Shown in pieces: positions 40,514 to 54,426 of a stretch of 64,000 bases of DNA. Under the pieces are notes generated by a model, which ran no database searches, was not told the origin of the DNA, and saw only the letters and a program-made list of their open reading frames with translations. The position numbers and the translations under genes are program-made. The number at the start of each line of letters is the position of its first letter. Position 1 is the stretch's first letter. The DNA comes from Trichoplax sp. H2 (taxonomy: Eukaryota), in NCBI GenBank assembly GCA_003344405.1, contig NOWV01000011.1:248001-312000 (forward strand), in the 5' to 3' direction.

Positions 40514-42464
40514 TTCATGTGCATCATGTAAAGATCTTCATGAGAGGAATTACAGTAGTGATTGGCTATAGCGAATTTATTACTTGGCATCCACTGATAT
40601 AGCGTTGAAATACAGTTTAAGCGGGAAATAGCATTCATACTGCATCAAGATTTAGCTCTGTCTAAAGTTTGATACTGATCAATTGATGAACAAAAAATAA
40701 GTACTAAAATTTCAGCTTTAATGCGTTTTACGTTTACATTTAATTTTATTTAATAGCATATTGTAGTGTGAATTGTGATTTAAATTACTTATATTAAAAC
40801 GGTATTAGGTTTGTCATAGCAATGCTGTACATTATGTAACTGATTAGTAAGCGGTCACCGAGTGTCTGAACTAATACTTTTGACCTAGATTTTGTTCTTG
40901 GTGGATTTCAGTAATGCAAAAGTTATACAATTATTTATTGGCGGGTGTGTAGGAAATTGCTATCAGGAGATCGGTTAATCTGATACCTGTGGAAAGAGTC
41001 ATGCAGTCTTTGCTTCTTTCAGATGCTTGGTTAAAATGCATTTGCGTAGATCTTGTAGCACATCACTGTACCTAACACCTGTATTGGACAGTAAATATAA
41101 AATACTGAAAGTAATAAGCTTGTATGCAGATTAGTTTTTCATACATTACCTGGGAATCATTACTTTTGATATAAAAATTTTCATAATTATAATGAATAGA
41201 TTATATTTCCAATAGTTTTTTTTGGTATAAAATACACATGATTATATGACATTCTAAATAGCGATGGTTTGCAAATTGCAATGCAGCTAGCATTCAGCAC
41301 CTATTATGATTAACCTCTCTTGCACGGTCATAATTTCGCATGCATTAACCACCATTTATCGTGTAATAGAAATTTACAACTAATATAGTTTCAGCATTTT
41401 AACTTATTATTACGCTTATTTGCAAGGTACTGCCATAACGTATTTACCATAACGAATGAGCTTTTCTAATCGTATAGTCGCAAATAGAAATGTGTACACT
41501 AAGGATAAATTTTACTTTCTTGTCATTGAAATTAAAATGTAAGTTTGTAAATATTGTATCATTAAATTAATATTCGTAATTATTAAAAGCCCTTTAAATT
41601 GCTATCAATGTTTCTGAATACTGATGTCTATCTAGATATTCAGTTTTTTGTACTTGATGGATTTTTACTAACTTTCGAGCTAAGACCACAAACAGCTAAC
41701 TACGAGGTTAGGATTACATTGCATGTACAATATTAAATATAGCACCTTGTATATGATTAATATACTTGTATACAGTAGATCCTGTAAGTTAATTAATGTC
41801 ACCTCTATTAGGAAACGACTTGACAATGTTGTTACCAATCTTTGTATGAGTAAGAATTGAATTTCATTGCGTGCTTCCTTCAAGTTATTAGCCAAATCCG
41901 TTAATTTTGAAAATATGTCGATAAATGTAAGAATGATAATTAGTACTAGTACAGTAATATCCAATTTATGTCATAAGTATAATATACTACTACGATATGC
42001 TGTATAATTAATTAACCATAAGTTACAGAAAATGCCTAACTTCATATCACGGGCACACGAGTTCGGCTGTTTTATTACTGTATTATCACGAATTATAATA
42101 ATTATATATAATTATTACTTATTATTGCCCTAGTGAATACAGTACCGTACGATAATTTTCGATAAATCTAAGTACTCCTGTTTTTTAAATATGACTAAAC
42201 GGAACAGTTAGCCTGGTAAGATCAAGATTTGTAGTAGCTTTTGCTACATGGCTATATGATTAAGCTGAAAAGATGCAGCGTTTAGTCAAAGTTAACTGTA
42301 TTATGAAAATGTGAGATATCATGTTCCGTATTTAGAGAAGAATATTCATCAATATTTCCGTCGCACTACACCGTTAACGACTAATATAATTATTAATCGA
42401 ACTAACAGTTCAAGCGGTTGAGCACTGAGCAGTCCGCCGATACCAGACCCACTACTTCTCCAGT

Positions 42465-43210
42465 AATAACAGTACTACGAATGGTACTGTACACTTGTAC
42501 AGTATAGTACAGTCTTTACTACTCTTGTCGTCAGCAATTCAAGAAATTTTGCATTTGCGAGTTTCAAGAGTCGCGAACATAGAGGTCAAAAAAGCTCTCT
42601 ACACCAGTCAGGTATGAGTGCAGTAGCTCCTAGTAAGGCTAATAGATGTAGTCGTCTCTGATTGGCTATCATATTCAGTATAAGATAAGATAGTTACAGA
42701 TACTTACAGTACAGTACTGTACATTACAGTACACTACAGTACAGTACAGCGTGGGCGGGCTAATTTCTATGATGTTTGTGCAAACAGATGGATTAAATTT
42801 TGGGGGGAGGACAAATTTCATATCAGTCGATAGATTGACTTGTATTTTATTGAAAATCGACGGAAATTTCATTGTCTTATTTTCAAAGTTTATCGGGAAA
42901 ATGGACTGGGACAAACTGTACAGTACTGTACTGTACACTGTGTCACCGGGTCAGTATTCACTGTACTGTACACTGTACAGTATGTACCAGTACAGTAGTA
43001 CAGTACACAGTGGTGAGTCATCCGTACAGTACAGTATAGTACGTTGCAGTACCGTTTATTACTGTATTGCAGACTGCAGACTTGAATGGGTACAACTACA
43101 GTAGGTACGGCCGTGGACTACTAAATTTCAATTTACCGGTGAACTTAGTGGTGTACAGTACAGTTGTCCCATCGCCGTACTGTACGACATACAGTGCAGT
43201 ACTGTAATCA
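42465..43210. repeat. Cluster of CAGTA/TACTG pentamer and TACAGTACTGTA-type palindromic low-complexity sequence upstream of FIS1
   Basis: Dense runs such as tacagtacagtactgt (about 42705), ctgtacagtactgtactgtacactg (about 42917) and ctgtactgtacactgtacagtatgtaccagtacagtagtacagtacacag (about 42961). Confidence 0.8.
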
Positions 43211-43610
43211 CCAGAGTCGGAAGATCTCTAATTGTAATGTAGATTATACTGAAACGATTGACAGAACAATGTCGTTTTAATGGATTTGCTCATCATTTGC
43301 AGCATTCCAATTCATTGATTTGGCGTTTTCATTAGGCTAGGAGTAGAGAGTACCCGTATTAAATAAAGAGCATATGCTTATGCTGTTGGTAAGTTATTGT
43401 ATACTGTACTACAACAAATGCGTGATAAATTGATAGCTAGATTTGCAGCATAATGAATGATACTTTCATGCTTCAGTGATGCTTGTGTAGCTTAATAACT
43501 AGACTAATTTCTCTCCAATTCAAAACAATACAGTATACGCTTCTTAACCTTACAAACGAACTGCCATCTCATAAAGTACTGTGTCAACCGTTGCTCCTAA
43601 ATTAAGGGTT

Positions 43611-46319
43611 ATGGACGAATTCGTTGTGCCTGATATACAAATTGAGGTCTGTATGCTTCAGGAACTACAGTGCAGCACCATAGGTCACACCACTATATAG
43701 TAATGCAAAGTTGATCTTTTTACGATAGCTAACGTTACACTGTGATTTATTTTACTCGTTCACGTCCTTTGTGTATTAGATTTAACGAGAGATTCACAGT
43801 ATCACTATAAAATAGACTGTATTCCATGGTATTTGCAAACTAAAATCGGTTATGCATTCCTGTGCTATGTCAGCCCTAAATCTACGTACATCTGCTCGAC
43901 TTTAGCTTTAGCTAAAGCAACTAACTTTTAGTAAACAGAGTTGTGTCCTTGTAATCCGATTGCAACATCCCACTGTGCAATTAGTAAACTATATAAGTAA
44001 TATGCAGTAAAAGTATGCACTGTTGCAAGTATACACCAATGAATCCAACTAAAACTGTGTGATATATTATAATGTCCAAGTTATTAATTAGAAGTAACTT
44101 TGAACATTACGCTGCATATCACAAATGATCATTATACGAACATTACATGTACATGTACAGCACACTGTATACGGTAAAAATAGCTCCTGAAGTCAAATGA
44201 GAAATCATAGAGAACATGCAAACTTTTCAATTTGGAATACCGTGTTATAATGAAGTGCTGCAATGATTATTCCAGCAAAATCTGCTAAATTAAAGAAACA
44301 GTGTAGTTGTACAGTATAACTTGATCAGTGCAGTAATATTTACTTTATTATTTATATTACGTACGTATATATTATCGCAGTATTGTCTAAAATTAGTATA
44401 TTATTAAAGGAACTGAAACAGGCGTATCTAAATGAAGTAACAGCGGACGATTGCGGCAGCAAGGCTACTTTTAACTACGCGTATGGATTGATTTTTAGTA
44501 GAGCCAATGAACAAGTCAAGAAGGGCATATCTCTTATTGAAGGTGAACTCAAAATAATACTCTCATTTTGTCTTATTTCATTTTATTACTTACATGTCTT
44601 ACTGTCATTGTATATATATATACGGTATGCAGTTATATGTGCTGTATATAATAGCTAATTCATAATCTAAGTCCGCTAGAATCGATTCGAATTTCTACTC
44701 GTACTAGCGTTACAACGAGCACAGTACAGCACCCTATACTTGATATTGTTGTGTCAAGAAACACAGTAGTACAATACTTAGAGTGCTTACCGATATGTAC
44801 TATGATTTTGCGTTAAATATCTAACGATAGTCTTTTTATATTTGCTTATTATTACTTAGAACTGTGCTACAGTGGAGAGGATCAGAGAGACTATTTATAT
44901 TTATTAGCTGTTGGCCATTTTAAATTAAAGGTACATAAAAAGAGTCTAATTACGAAAGATGCCGGCTGGTCGTTGGCAAACATTTTAAATAGATTATTCA
45001 TTTAACAACTCACTTTCTTTTACTTTCTAGGACTACAATTATGCTCTAAAGTACATTGAACGCGTTCTTGCCATAGAACCGTCTAATAATCAGGGAAACA
45101 GATTAAAACAGCTTATCATGAAAAATATGCAAATAGGTAACGCTATAAGTAATGGAAGTGTAAAACATTCTATGTTAGCACATATTCTACAGTATAATGC
45201 AATTGCAATTATAGTACATTATTATCCTGTTGTCGAAATAGTACCATTTATTAGTGGATGATTAGGGAAAAAGATAAATAACACTAATACAAATCTTACC
45301 TTCATATTTTATAGTAGACACAGATTTAAAGAGGTTCTTTTATCTTTCACCATAATCTGTCATTTATTTACTTTTCCATCGTTGTAGCTGGTACTGTGAT
45401 GACATAGTACATTTAATAATATATTACTATCAACAATTCACTATAGCCTAGAAAAAGTACTGCATTATTACTTGCTAAACCGACAGCTAGCTGCAACACT
45501 ATCGAAGTACTGTACTTTCGTTGGATGGCATTACGATACGACTACATTAGCGATACATAATTAAAAGTATACGATCCTTGTTCTCTATCAACTAATTTAA
45601 AATATGTACATGCAGTATGATATCATAGATGGGGGATTAATTACATATTATTATCATATGGTTTTCGACTATATTCAGTATGCAATCGTAAACATCGATA
45701 ATGTCAGATTTCAGTATTGCAGATAGCATATCATAAACTTTTTTCGTAGTCTAAATCGATAATTAATTGATATTTCAGTCTATAATGCATTAGTATTTTT
45801 GCTTTACGTTAATTTTCTGAAGATATAGAAATAGAATTATTAATCTCAATTATTATATATAAAAAATATACCGTAGTGTATCTATACAACATTACATCAT
45901 TATTCTGCAGTAGTGGAAAACTTAGTTAATTCGTGTCTCATCACTTGCAATACTTACCCCGTATTCACTGATATTCACGATGTTTAGCTTAACCATTGTA
46001 AGGTCTGTCGCAAAATCCATGATTACAGTTGCGCCTAACGCATTAGCTGATATGGGATACATAAATCAATCAATCATTATTATACGTAGTTTTTAAATGG
46101 ACGATTTATTCAGATACTCGAATAAATAGCTGCAGTATCATGGTAATTCCACAACTGCAATCGTATTAATTTTTATTATACGAACTGTATTATAGTCTGT
46201 ATAGTATCTAGTGTGACCTTATTTTCTCAATATCATATTTAGATGGATTAAAAGGTATCGCTATAGTTGGAGGCATAATCGCAGTTGCTGCTGGTGTGGC
46301 CTTTGCTATTAAGCGATGA
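43611..46319 (+). CDS. FIS1: Mitochondrial fission 1 protein (TPR, tail-anchored); five coding exons
   Basis: Exons 43611-43646 MDEFVVPDIQIE; 44410-44542 ELKQAYLNE...ATFNYAYGLIFSRANEQVKKGISLIE; about 44860-44930 LCYSGEDQRDYLYLLAVGHFKLK; 45031-45136 DYNYALKYIERVLAIEPSNNQG; 46243-46319 DGLKGIAIVGGIIAVAAGVAFAIKR*. These match FIS1 motifs (QRDY.FYLAVG, EP.NNQ, DGL.G.AIVGG). Confidence 0.93.
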
Positions 46320-47699
46320 AGACGTTTTGTATTTTATTGATATTTCTGATCAGTATTTCATGTGAGAAGTGAATTTTGCTGGGAATAATTAGATGTTACA
46401 TATAGATGCTCAGTTGGAGAAGTGGTATATTAATCATTTAATTAAACTCATCTCAAATACTCACAATGGAATATTGTGCATTTGCTTTACTATTGGACCA
46501 AATTGTATTGTACTGTACTTATAACTAGTACAGTATGTAACTATGTATAACTAATTATAAATTAAAATTAATTAATCTATACAAAAGAGGACTTAAGGGC
46601 GATCTAGAAGTCAGTTTCGTCGAGAATTGCGTAAATAAAATCGAATAAGAAATACTGTATATACGTACGTAGTTAAGAAAATGTGTCTTGTTTAGTGATA
46701 ACAGTGATAGATATTCCACATAGATGATTTTAGGTGTTCATAATGGCTGTCCTGCTACTTTTACAGTATACACGCATACTGTGTATAGGGATTATTGCTG
46801 ATTGTCTGATGAAATTAATTGATGAATCTTGACTGACTTTACTTACCACATTAAATTTTAGTTTACCGGTAAAAACTATGGAAGCTATATGTGGCATATT
46901 GTAACTTGTAACAGTAATAATATTGTAATAGGTAAGCAAAAGGTACAGCTATTGCTTGACAATGCACAAAATACAGTATGACGAACGCGTGCTCCACTAG
47001 TTCTACAGTGTACTGTATGCTCGAACTCGCAAGGCTAATGGACTCAGAAAGATCATTCTGAGACTGTAGAAGACCCGAGAGATTGATAAAGTTTAAGTTC
47101 ACGTAGCGTAGATATATTAAGGCTGTCTTAATTGATGTAGAGCAAAAGTACTGTATCTGTTAGCTATAATTTGTGTTAAGAAGGGGGATGTGATATGTAA
47201 CATTCTATGTAAAAGTAGAATATTTGTCAACAAGGGAAATACGAAGCACTGTAATACCGGTGCTTTGCGTTTGATAGTAACTGCAATAAAGCTAATCGCA
47301 AAAGGTTTCAGACTTGAACCCAAGCGCGATCAGGTGTAACTGCTTTTAGTTGTAACTCGTCACTATTCTATGATTTCCATCTCAATCCCTCCCGGTGTTG
47401 TACCCGATGGTAATAAGTCTATTCTGATCCTGTATCATCTCCGCATCGTGTTGATCGTTTCAGCATTTCGTTTTCGACACGCTGTATTACACTGTACAGT
47501 ACTGTACTTTTCAAGAATGAATCAATCTAAACTAACATTACAAATACAGTATAGTATAATTAAGTGTAAACTGAGGGTTGCTTTCCTTGCACCTTTCGCT
47601 GCAATATTAGTATTGCAGGTTATTGCTGTGCTTAGTTTCGTTATTTACCGACAATGTTCAATCGACGATATCCACCCTTTCTATTAAATGAAGAGGCGA

Positions 47700-49060
47700 T
47701 TCACTTTTCCAATGTGTGACGTCATCTTTCGCAGATGTCAGACCTGCGTTCATCTTCTGTCCGTCCGCATTTTCATATGATACCATGTGACACGCCGTGC
47801 CGTACTGGTACAGTACAGTCAGGTCTAACAGTACTGTACTGTAGTAAAAAGTGCATACTGTAATCCCAGCCATAGTTCGACTCATACAGTACTGTATGTG
47901 GTCACAGCTTATGAACTATGGAATACCCCAACAGAGAGAGACTAAGTGGTCACGTACTGTACCGTGTACGGTACAGCAGGAGAAATATCTCATCCACCTG
48001 ACCTTTAGTCATTCGAGGTCAGACATGTTCAGATGATGTTGCTGTGGCCAATCAGCAGTTTTACAGTCGGAAGATAAACCAATCACACAATCGTAAGATA
48101 CCGACAGTTGACAATTGCTGTAATTGGTGTATATTTAGAATAAACAAAAGAATTCCGTAGACTAGTGCGTCATCTTCAATCAATAGAAGCGATCGTGCTT
48201 CAAGCATTTATGTACATACAGTACAGTATTTACTATTTCCTGGAGTTCTATCTCCAGAAAATTGAAGAAATTTCTCCTCAAAATGGATTACTAATACTGT
48301 ACTTTAATGCACATTATTGTGCCAATCACTGTCCATAGAGTACTGTAAATCATGTAGCAGCTGTGTACACTGCATAGATGAATGTCGTTGTATTACATAA
48401 TACTGTACGTTCTACTGGATTATCATGTGTCAGTATGGTTGATTTTCACTTTTTATCGTAGTCAACGCTATCCAGCAGTATTGTCTCTGCTGCGGCCTGT
48501 ACAGTACTGTGCTATCATTGGAAGCCTTTTAGTAGTAGTACTATTTAAAGATGACTAAATAAATAAATAATTTGAAAAGTTTTACACACCGTAGATGTCT
48601 TACTGTAATAACTGTTACGGCCATTAATTCCACCAAGTCTACCTGAATCACAATAGTCATGAAGGAAAGAACCTCGATGATTACAGCACCAATACTGTAC
48701 TGTACAGTACTGTACTAATGTTAGGTCACCGCCCACTACCGACTGTAGCCGCTCCCAAAACCGTTTGACAATCCTTATCGGGCAGCTTTTCACTGACAAT
48801 AGCTTGTACTGTACTGTACACTGTATAGTACAGTATAGTACTGTAAAGTATTGCTGTACAGTACAGTACTGTACTGTATTCTCTTTACAGTACACAGGGC
48901 AGTCGAGGGTCTTTTGTTCGTTGTTACCAGGTCAAGTTGTGTTAGTATACAGTAGTATACACAGTAGCAAAGTACAGAGGGGCGGTAGATTATATACGGA
49001 GGTTTTGGTTTAAAGCGACAGTCGACAGATTGCCAATCTGCCAGCACACAAGTGAGTTTC
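47700..49060 (+). promoter_or_regulatory. Putative promoter region of the ELOVL gene
   Basis: CRE-like TGACGTCA at 47717-47724, CCAAT boxes near 48049 and 48079, a GC box (GGGGCGG) near 48979 and CAGTA clusters, followed by a consensus donor CAA|GTGAGT at 49052. Motif matches only. Confidence 0.35.
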
Positions 49061-51234
49061 TTTACTGATTGCTTTGACTAATATCACACTGTTTCTTATT
49101 CAAGTCATACACAATTCAAATTTGAACAAAACTATCCATGTTTCATGTTAAAATCCACTGCTACACTGACTTGCAATCTTTCCACTATCATTCTTAAAGG
49201 AAATCGAAGATTTATACCATTTGATATCGCACTTTCAATCGTGGATCACTCTTGCTGCAAGATACCTCGATAGCGCTCTTGATAGGATCAATCGATTCAA
49301 CATCAGCAACCAGTAGTATTTCTATCCTTTTATTCCGCGTCATAAGGTAAATTTGGACATTATTGATAATCATCCTTGATCATGATATCTTTTGAGGCAT
49401 TTCTCAACTTGTTTTAAATGATTTCTGTTAACCCTTGTTACCTTATGGGTCAAACAACCCCCGGTCTCCATCCATATTTTCCCACGCGCTCTCTCTCTCT
49501 CCCCATACAGTCCGCTCGGCTAGACCCTACAGTATACAGTACGCTACCGTTACTGTACCGTACCGTAGAAAACTCTGCTGTCGATAGGGCGATAGTGTCA
49601 AACAAACCGTGTCGTGCTCACTACGACTCACCATGTAGCCCAGCATCCTTTGGTGCAAGTGTAGAAGTTCAAAGATGACTGACCTGTTGCCAATCGACTC
49701 CACAACTGGGCGTGAGGATTAAAATGGCCACCAAGGAGAGCGATCTGCGTACAGGATGTAAAATTTGACTCTACTTTTGTTGACGGTGGCAATTCTGTAC
49801 CGTTAATGCAGTGTAATTCAAAGACAAGATATCAAGACTAATAATAACGAGTAAAGTAATCGTACTCTACAGTATGGCCGCAATATCGATTGATGTGTAT
49901 TTTTGTTCAAAAATAGCAAAGAAAGTGTTAAATGTCCGCTAATTTATACGCTGAAAAATAGCGGACATACTGGACCGTAGTATACTGTAGTAGTATGATC
50001 GTTAGGTGATACAGTATGCAAACTCAAACAAAATAAGAGCGGCGTTCCAATGCTTGTATTTAACGGTTGCGATCTTCTTTTTTATCATGATACTGTACAA
50101 GGTTTAGTGAAATGTGCTCAATGCTCGGAACAACGTAGTCAAGCCGAAAGCCTCCACACTGTATTTACTAAATTTGAGATTTACGCATTGCTCACCCAAA
50201 TGATCGATATATCAACAAATCAGTATACAACGCTTTACTTTCCTGTATAAGTGTGATCCGTTTTCTTCAATATTGTTTGAATAGGAAAAATTAGAAGTAA
50301 AAACGCTTCAAAAAAGACCAATCGTCATCAACCTTTCTATACAGATATATTAACTTAAAACCATGCATTTGCCATCCATTTTGTACAAATTGATGCAAAA
50401 ATTGAAATATCGAATGGATCGGATCACGTCGTACAAAGATATTTCCATCAATGACAGTAATGTAGGATGCAGTGTACTTCGTCTTACTACATTAACACGG
50501 TAGTAAAATCATTCTTATCAACACTGTTATTAATCTTAAATAGCGAAACTTTTTTACTGGCTGTACAGTACAGTACTGTATATGGTTTTGCTATTCAAAG
50601 GTGAAATAAAAACTGTAAAAAACTCATCACACACACTGCACAGATTGCTCTTGGCTTCGAGCACCTGGATCCGTCATCAAAACTTTACTTTAAATTATTT
50701 ACATTTCATCAGCGATTTGAGCGCCGTATAACTTGAAGCTAAACTTCCATCGAAGTAAAGCAATTAGTGGGTAATTAAATATTAAGTACTACTGTAGACC
50801 TTCGTACACGGGAATAATCGAAATGTTTTAGATTTCAACAAATTTTTTTTTCTACAATTCAGTGTACTGTACTGTACTGTACGTGTACATGTCGCGCTAT
50901 TGTTCAAGTGATCGTAGTAATGCACTTTATTTTATTGCATCAAACTTGGATTATAATTAGCAAGCAGCATAGAGCACATTTGTACATATGGTACTCATTG
51001 AGGAAAATCAGTCAAATTGTATATACTGTATGAATTCATTCCAATACTTCAAAATGCTTACTCGATATTGAAAGTTAAATATGGATTGTTATATCAAACT
51101 TTATGATGTTCCTTTTCTTACTATATTCTAGTACAACGCCTGACTGTCAAGCTTAAAGAATTCCCATTTACCCTTACATCATTTTACCGTTTTTTATTAC
51201 CTGTAATAAAAATCAAAATTAATTAATATTAAAG

Positions 51235-52071
51235 ATGGCGATATTGTCTGTTGAGAATTATTTCAATGAAAAAATCGCAGCTGATTGGATGAATGTCCTA
51301 GCACCGTATTCTGTTCATATCTCTGTTTTGTACCTCGTATTGATATACTGGGGTAAGCAGTACATGGCTTCAAGGAAGCCATTCAACATGCGCCGCTTAT
51401 TATTTACCTGGAGTTTAACATTGGCAGGTTTTAGCTTTATCGGTACAATCGCTCTTGGTTCTTATGTACTTTCTAGTTGGTATTATCATGGTTTTACCTA
51501 CTCGGTTTGTGATCGCACTAGTTGGAAAGGAAGTGGAGGATTATGGGCGTTTCTATTTGGTTTGTCAAAATTGCCAGAATTAGGCGACACCTTCTTTATT
51601 GTAGTGCGCAAAACACCTCTACCATTTCTCCATTATTACCATCATATCACTGTTTTTATATATTGTTGGTATAGTCTAAGAGACCTTATCGCACCAGGCC
51701 GTTGGTTTGCTGCTATCAACTTTCTTGTTCATACGGTAATGTACACCTATTATGCCATTAAATCGACCGGAATGTACCGACCTCCCAAATGGATCAATAT
51801 GGCAATTACCACTCTACAACTTTCTCAGATGATTGTCGGTTGTATAGTTAACACATGGGCATACACTGTCTTGAAATCTGGTCAACGCTGTGGTACTACA
51901 TGGTCTAACCTTAGATGGTCCCTTATTATGTATTCATCGTATTTCCTCCTTTTCGCTCATTTCTTCTATCAGACTTACTTTGTTAATGCCAACCGCTGGA
52001 AAATAGCCCAAAAACAGAAAGAACAGAAGATGAAGGCAGCAGCAAGCAGTCAGAGTGAAACTGCTAAATAA
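51235..52071 (+). CDS. ELOVL6: Very-long-chain fatty acid elongase, ELOVL3/6 subfamily; single-exon CDS, 278 aa
   Basis: Uninterrupted ORF with the ELO motifs KLPELGDTFFIVVRK, FLHYYHH (HxxHH), NFLVHTVMYTYY, ITTLQLSQM and MYSSYFLLFAHFF. Confidence 0.93.
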   Translation: MAILSVENYFNEKIAADWMNVLAPYSVHISVLYLVLIYWGKQYMASRKPFNMRRLLFTWSLTLAGFSFIGTIALGSYVLSSWYYHGFTYSVCDRTSWKGSGGLWAFLFGLSKLPELGDTFFIVVRKTPLPFLHYYHHITVFIYCWYSLRDLIAPGRWFAAINFLVHTVMYTYYAIKSTGMYRPPKWINMAITTLQLSQMIVGCIVNTWAYTVLKSGQRCGTTWSNLRWSLIMYSSYFLLFAHFFYQTYFVNANRWKIAQKQKEQKMKAAASSQSETAK

Positions 52072-54426
52072 ATAAAAGTAGCAACCTTGCTACTTTGGTA
52101 GCCTGATTATCTGTAAAGAAATTACTGCAGTATGTAACAAGTTGCCAACATACAATACGTTTTCAGAAATTCAACTATAATATTCGACTACTACATTTTA
52201 TTAATGGTGCTAACAAGTACCATCAGGATATTACCAACTCATACTGTACTTATTCAATTTTACGTCACGTAAGGAGAAAAGCTATTTGTGTGTCTGTATG
52301 ATAGTTATGTAAGCTCGTCGCAGCTTAATTTACTGCTCTAGCAGATCTACAACGAAGCCAATGAAAGACTGTAGTTGAGCGTGTTAAATAATTAAATGAG
52401 TTGTCATTTTTTATTTTAGTTTTCTTTTCAACCCGTAAAACTAAATAAACTCGTGCGAAGCTTGCAGAATTAGCAGATGAACGATTTTATTATTAATCAG
52501 ATCTTTATATTATTATTGTTATAACTATGGTTATATGAGATTTTAAAATGGATAATTTCATATTTTAATTATAGTATAGTATATAATAGTTCTGCTAGCT
52601 AAAACCAAATTGAGGTTACTGCTACAGAATTATTTCCGTTGGCAGACCACCAAGACAGTAGTGTTCATGACCATGTTAGTTACTGTGTAGCTGCATTTAT
52701 TATTTTTAAACTCACCTGTACAACTGTATTGCAATAGCTGCTTTGCACAATACGACGAATTCATTTATATATGCTTTATACATACATAAATATCTTCATA
52801 GTATTCAATGCCAACACTTCTAAACTGTAGATGGCGCTCTTTGCAATCAATTATCGCAAATGCTGTACCTTGTAGTAGCATTCATTTTGCGGTATTATAT
52901 AGTACAATGTTGTGATTTCGTAAATATTAATTAACAGTGTCGGATACACGAACGGTAGCAATTGTAATTATAAGCGCCCAGATCAAAGTTAGCTCTATTT
53001 AAGCAAAAGCATCAGATTATTTCATCACAATCTCCCAGGGTAATTAACAATTGTCGCTTATTTTAAATAAACGTACTACCTATTAAAAAATTACAAATCT
53101 TACTTCGGATCTCTAAATTAAAGCCTTGATATCTATAATCGCTGAATGCCATCGCAGTATCAAAAACTCTCATTTTGACTTTTACTCCACTTTATATGGA
53201 ACAAGCATTTGCTTTTATCACATCCTCTGATAAATAATAGCCATTTTTACGTACCCCGGCTATATTTTAGTTCGGAAATATGAACGCGCGCTAATTTCAA
53301 TTTCTCCAATAGGTTTGAGAACACTTGGTAACCTTGTAATTCTGTGAATAAGCCAAAAATGGAAGCTGCAGCTTCATAATTTCAGGATACTGCATCATAT
53401 TGGTGAAATTTGAGTTGTGATAAAATACTCGTGTGATGTACGCGTATACTTTTCTATAACATTTCTTTAACCCAAGTTGGCATAACTATAGTGATGCTTA
53501 GCACTGTGTACATACGTATATACAAATTCAACACTCCAATGATGTAAATCAGTTTGATGATCGCGGTAACTTGCATTGATGTCAATATCACGACTGAAAA
53601 ATTATGTCAGCAAAACAATTTATTGCGGGGTGTGGTAAAGATGACACACTGTTGTAAGGTTGAACTGAAATGTAAATTCTTGTACTGCCTGATCGCATTT
53701 GTTCTTCGCGTATTATCAATATACCTACAACTATCGAAATGCATGTGGCAGCGTAAAAATCCGAAAGATGTATGATATTTTGATGCGAACACAGCAAAAG
53801 TCCAGTAACGCTACCTTTGTATATTGTATATTATTCAAAAAAAAGTGTATAAAAGTACCTAAAATGCGGTTACATCAAACAAAAGGTAAAACCAGTTGTA
53901 CATTTAGTATTACGCAGGGAAAGAATTGAATATCGTATACTGAAATGACAATAAAAGAAATAGAAAAACGCAAAACGTTTATAACGTCTATCTACCATAT
54001 TCTCCGCGTTCACTACACAAAACTTAAAGTAAAAATTATCGAAAAATTTCGTGTAGCAAGTTATATTTGTTAAGTAAGCTATTTTAGGTGTTTTGTTCGT
54101 AGATCATTAATGAATCATTACGCTATTATACAAGGAATGTTAATCACAGTTTAAAAGGCTTAAACAGTATGTACAACTAAGGAAAATTTTAACACAGATT
54201 TCAACAACGCCAAGAAGAGTGACTTATAATAACGCAACAATTTCGTCGGGAACAAAATTACAACTGAAATTCTAATCAGAATATAAGAAAATGATAGATT
54301 AGGAATTTAACGATAATACGAAATCGTGTTTATAGCTAGTAGCAGTTTTAAGATTTTAATCTAGATAATTAGTTATTAGCACGACGTCGAATGACATATA
54401 TTGCACTTTTTACAGAAATTTATGCC

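Noticed and set aside
42675-43104. Overlapping ORFs rich in YCTV/QYST (also at 33039, 35121 and 48545-49047)
   Set aside because: They are translations of the CAGTA/TACTG repeat on both strands, with no domain or splice support.
47290-47370. Minus-strand GGGTTCAAGTC resembling a tRNA T-loop/B-box, followed by TTTT
   Set aside because: No cloverleaf or A-box could be built, and the T-stem is mismatched.
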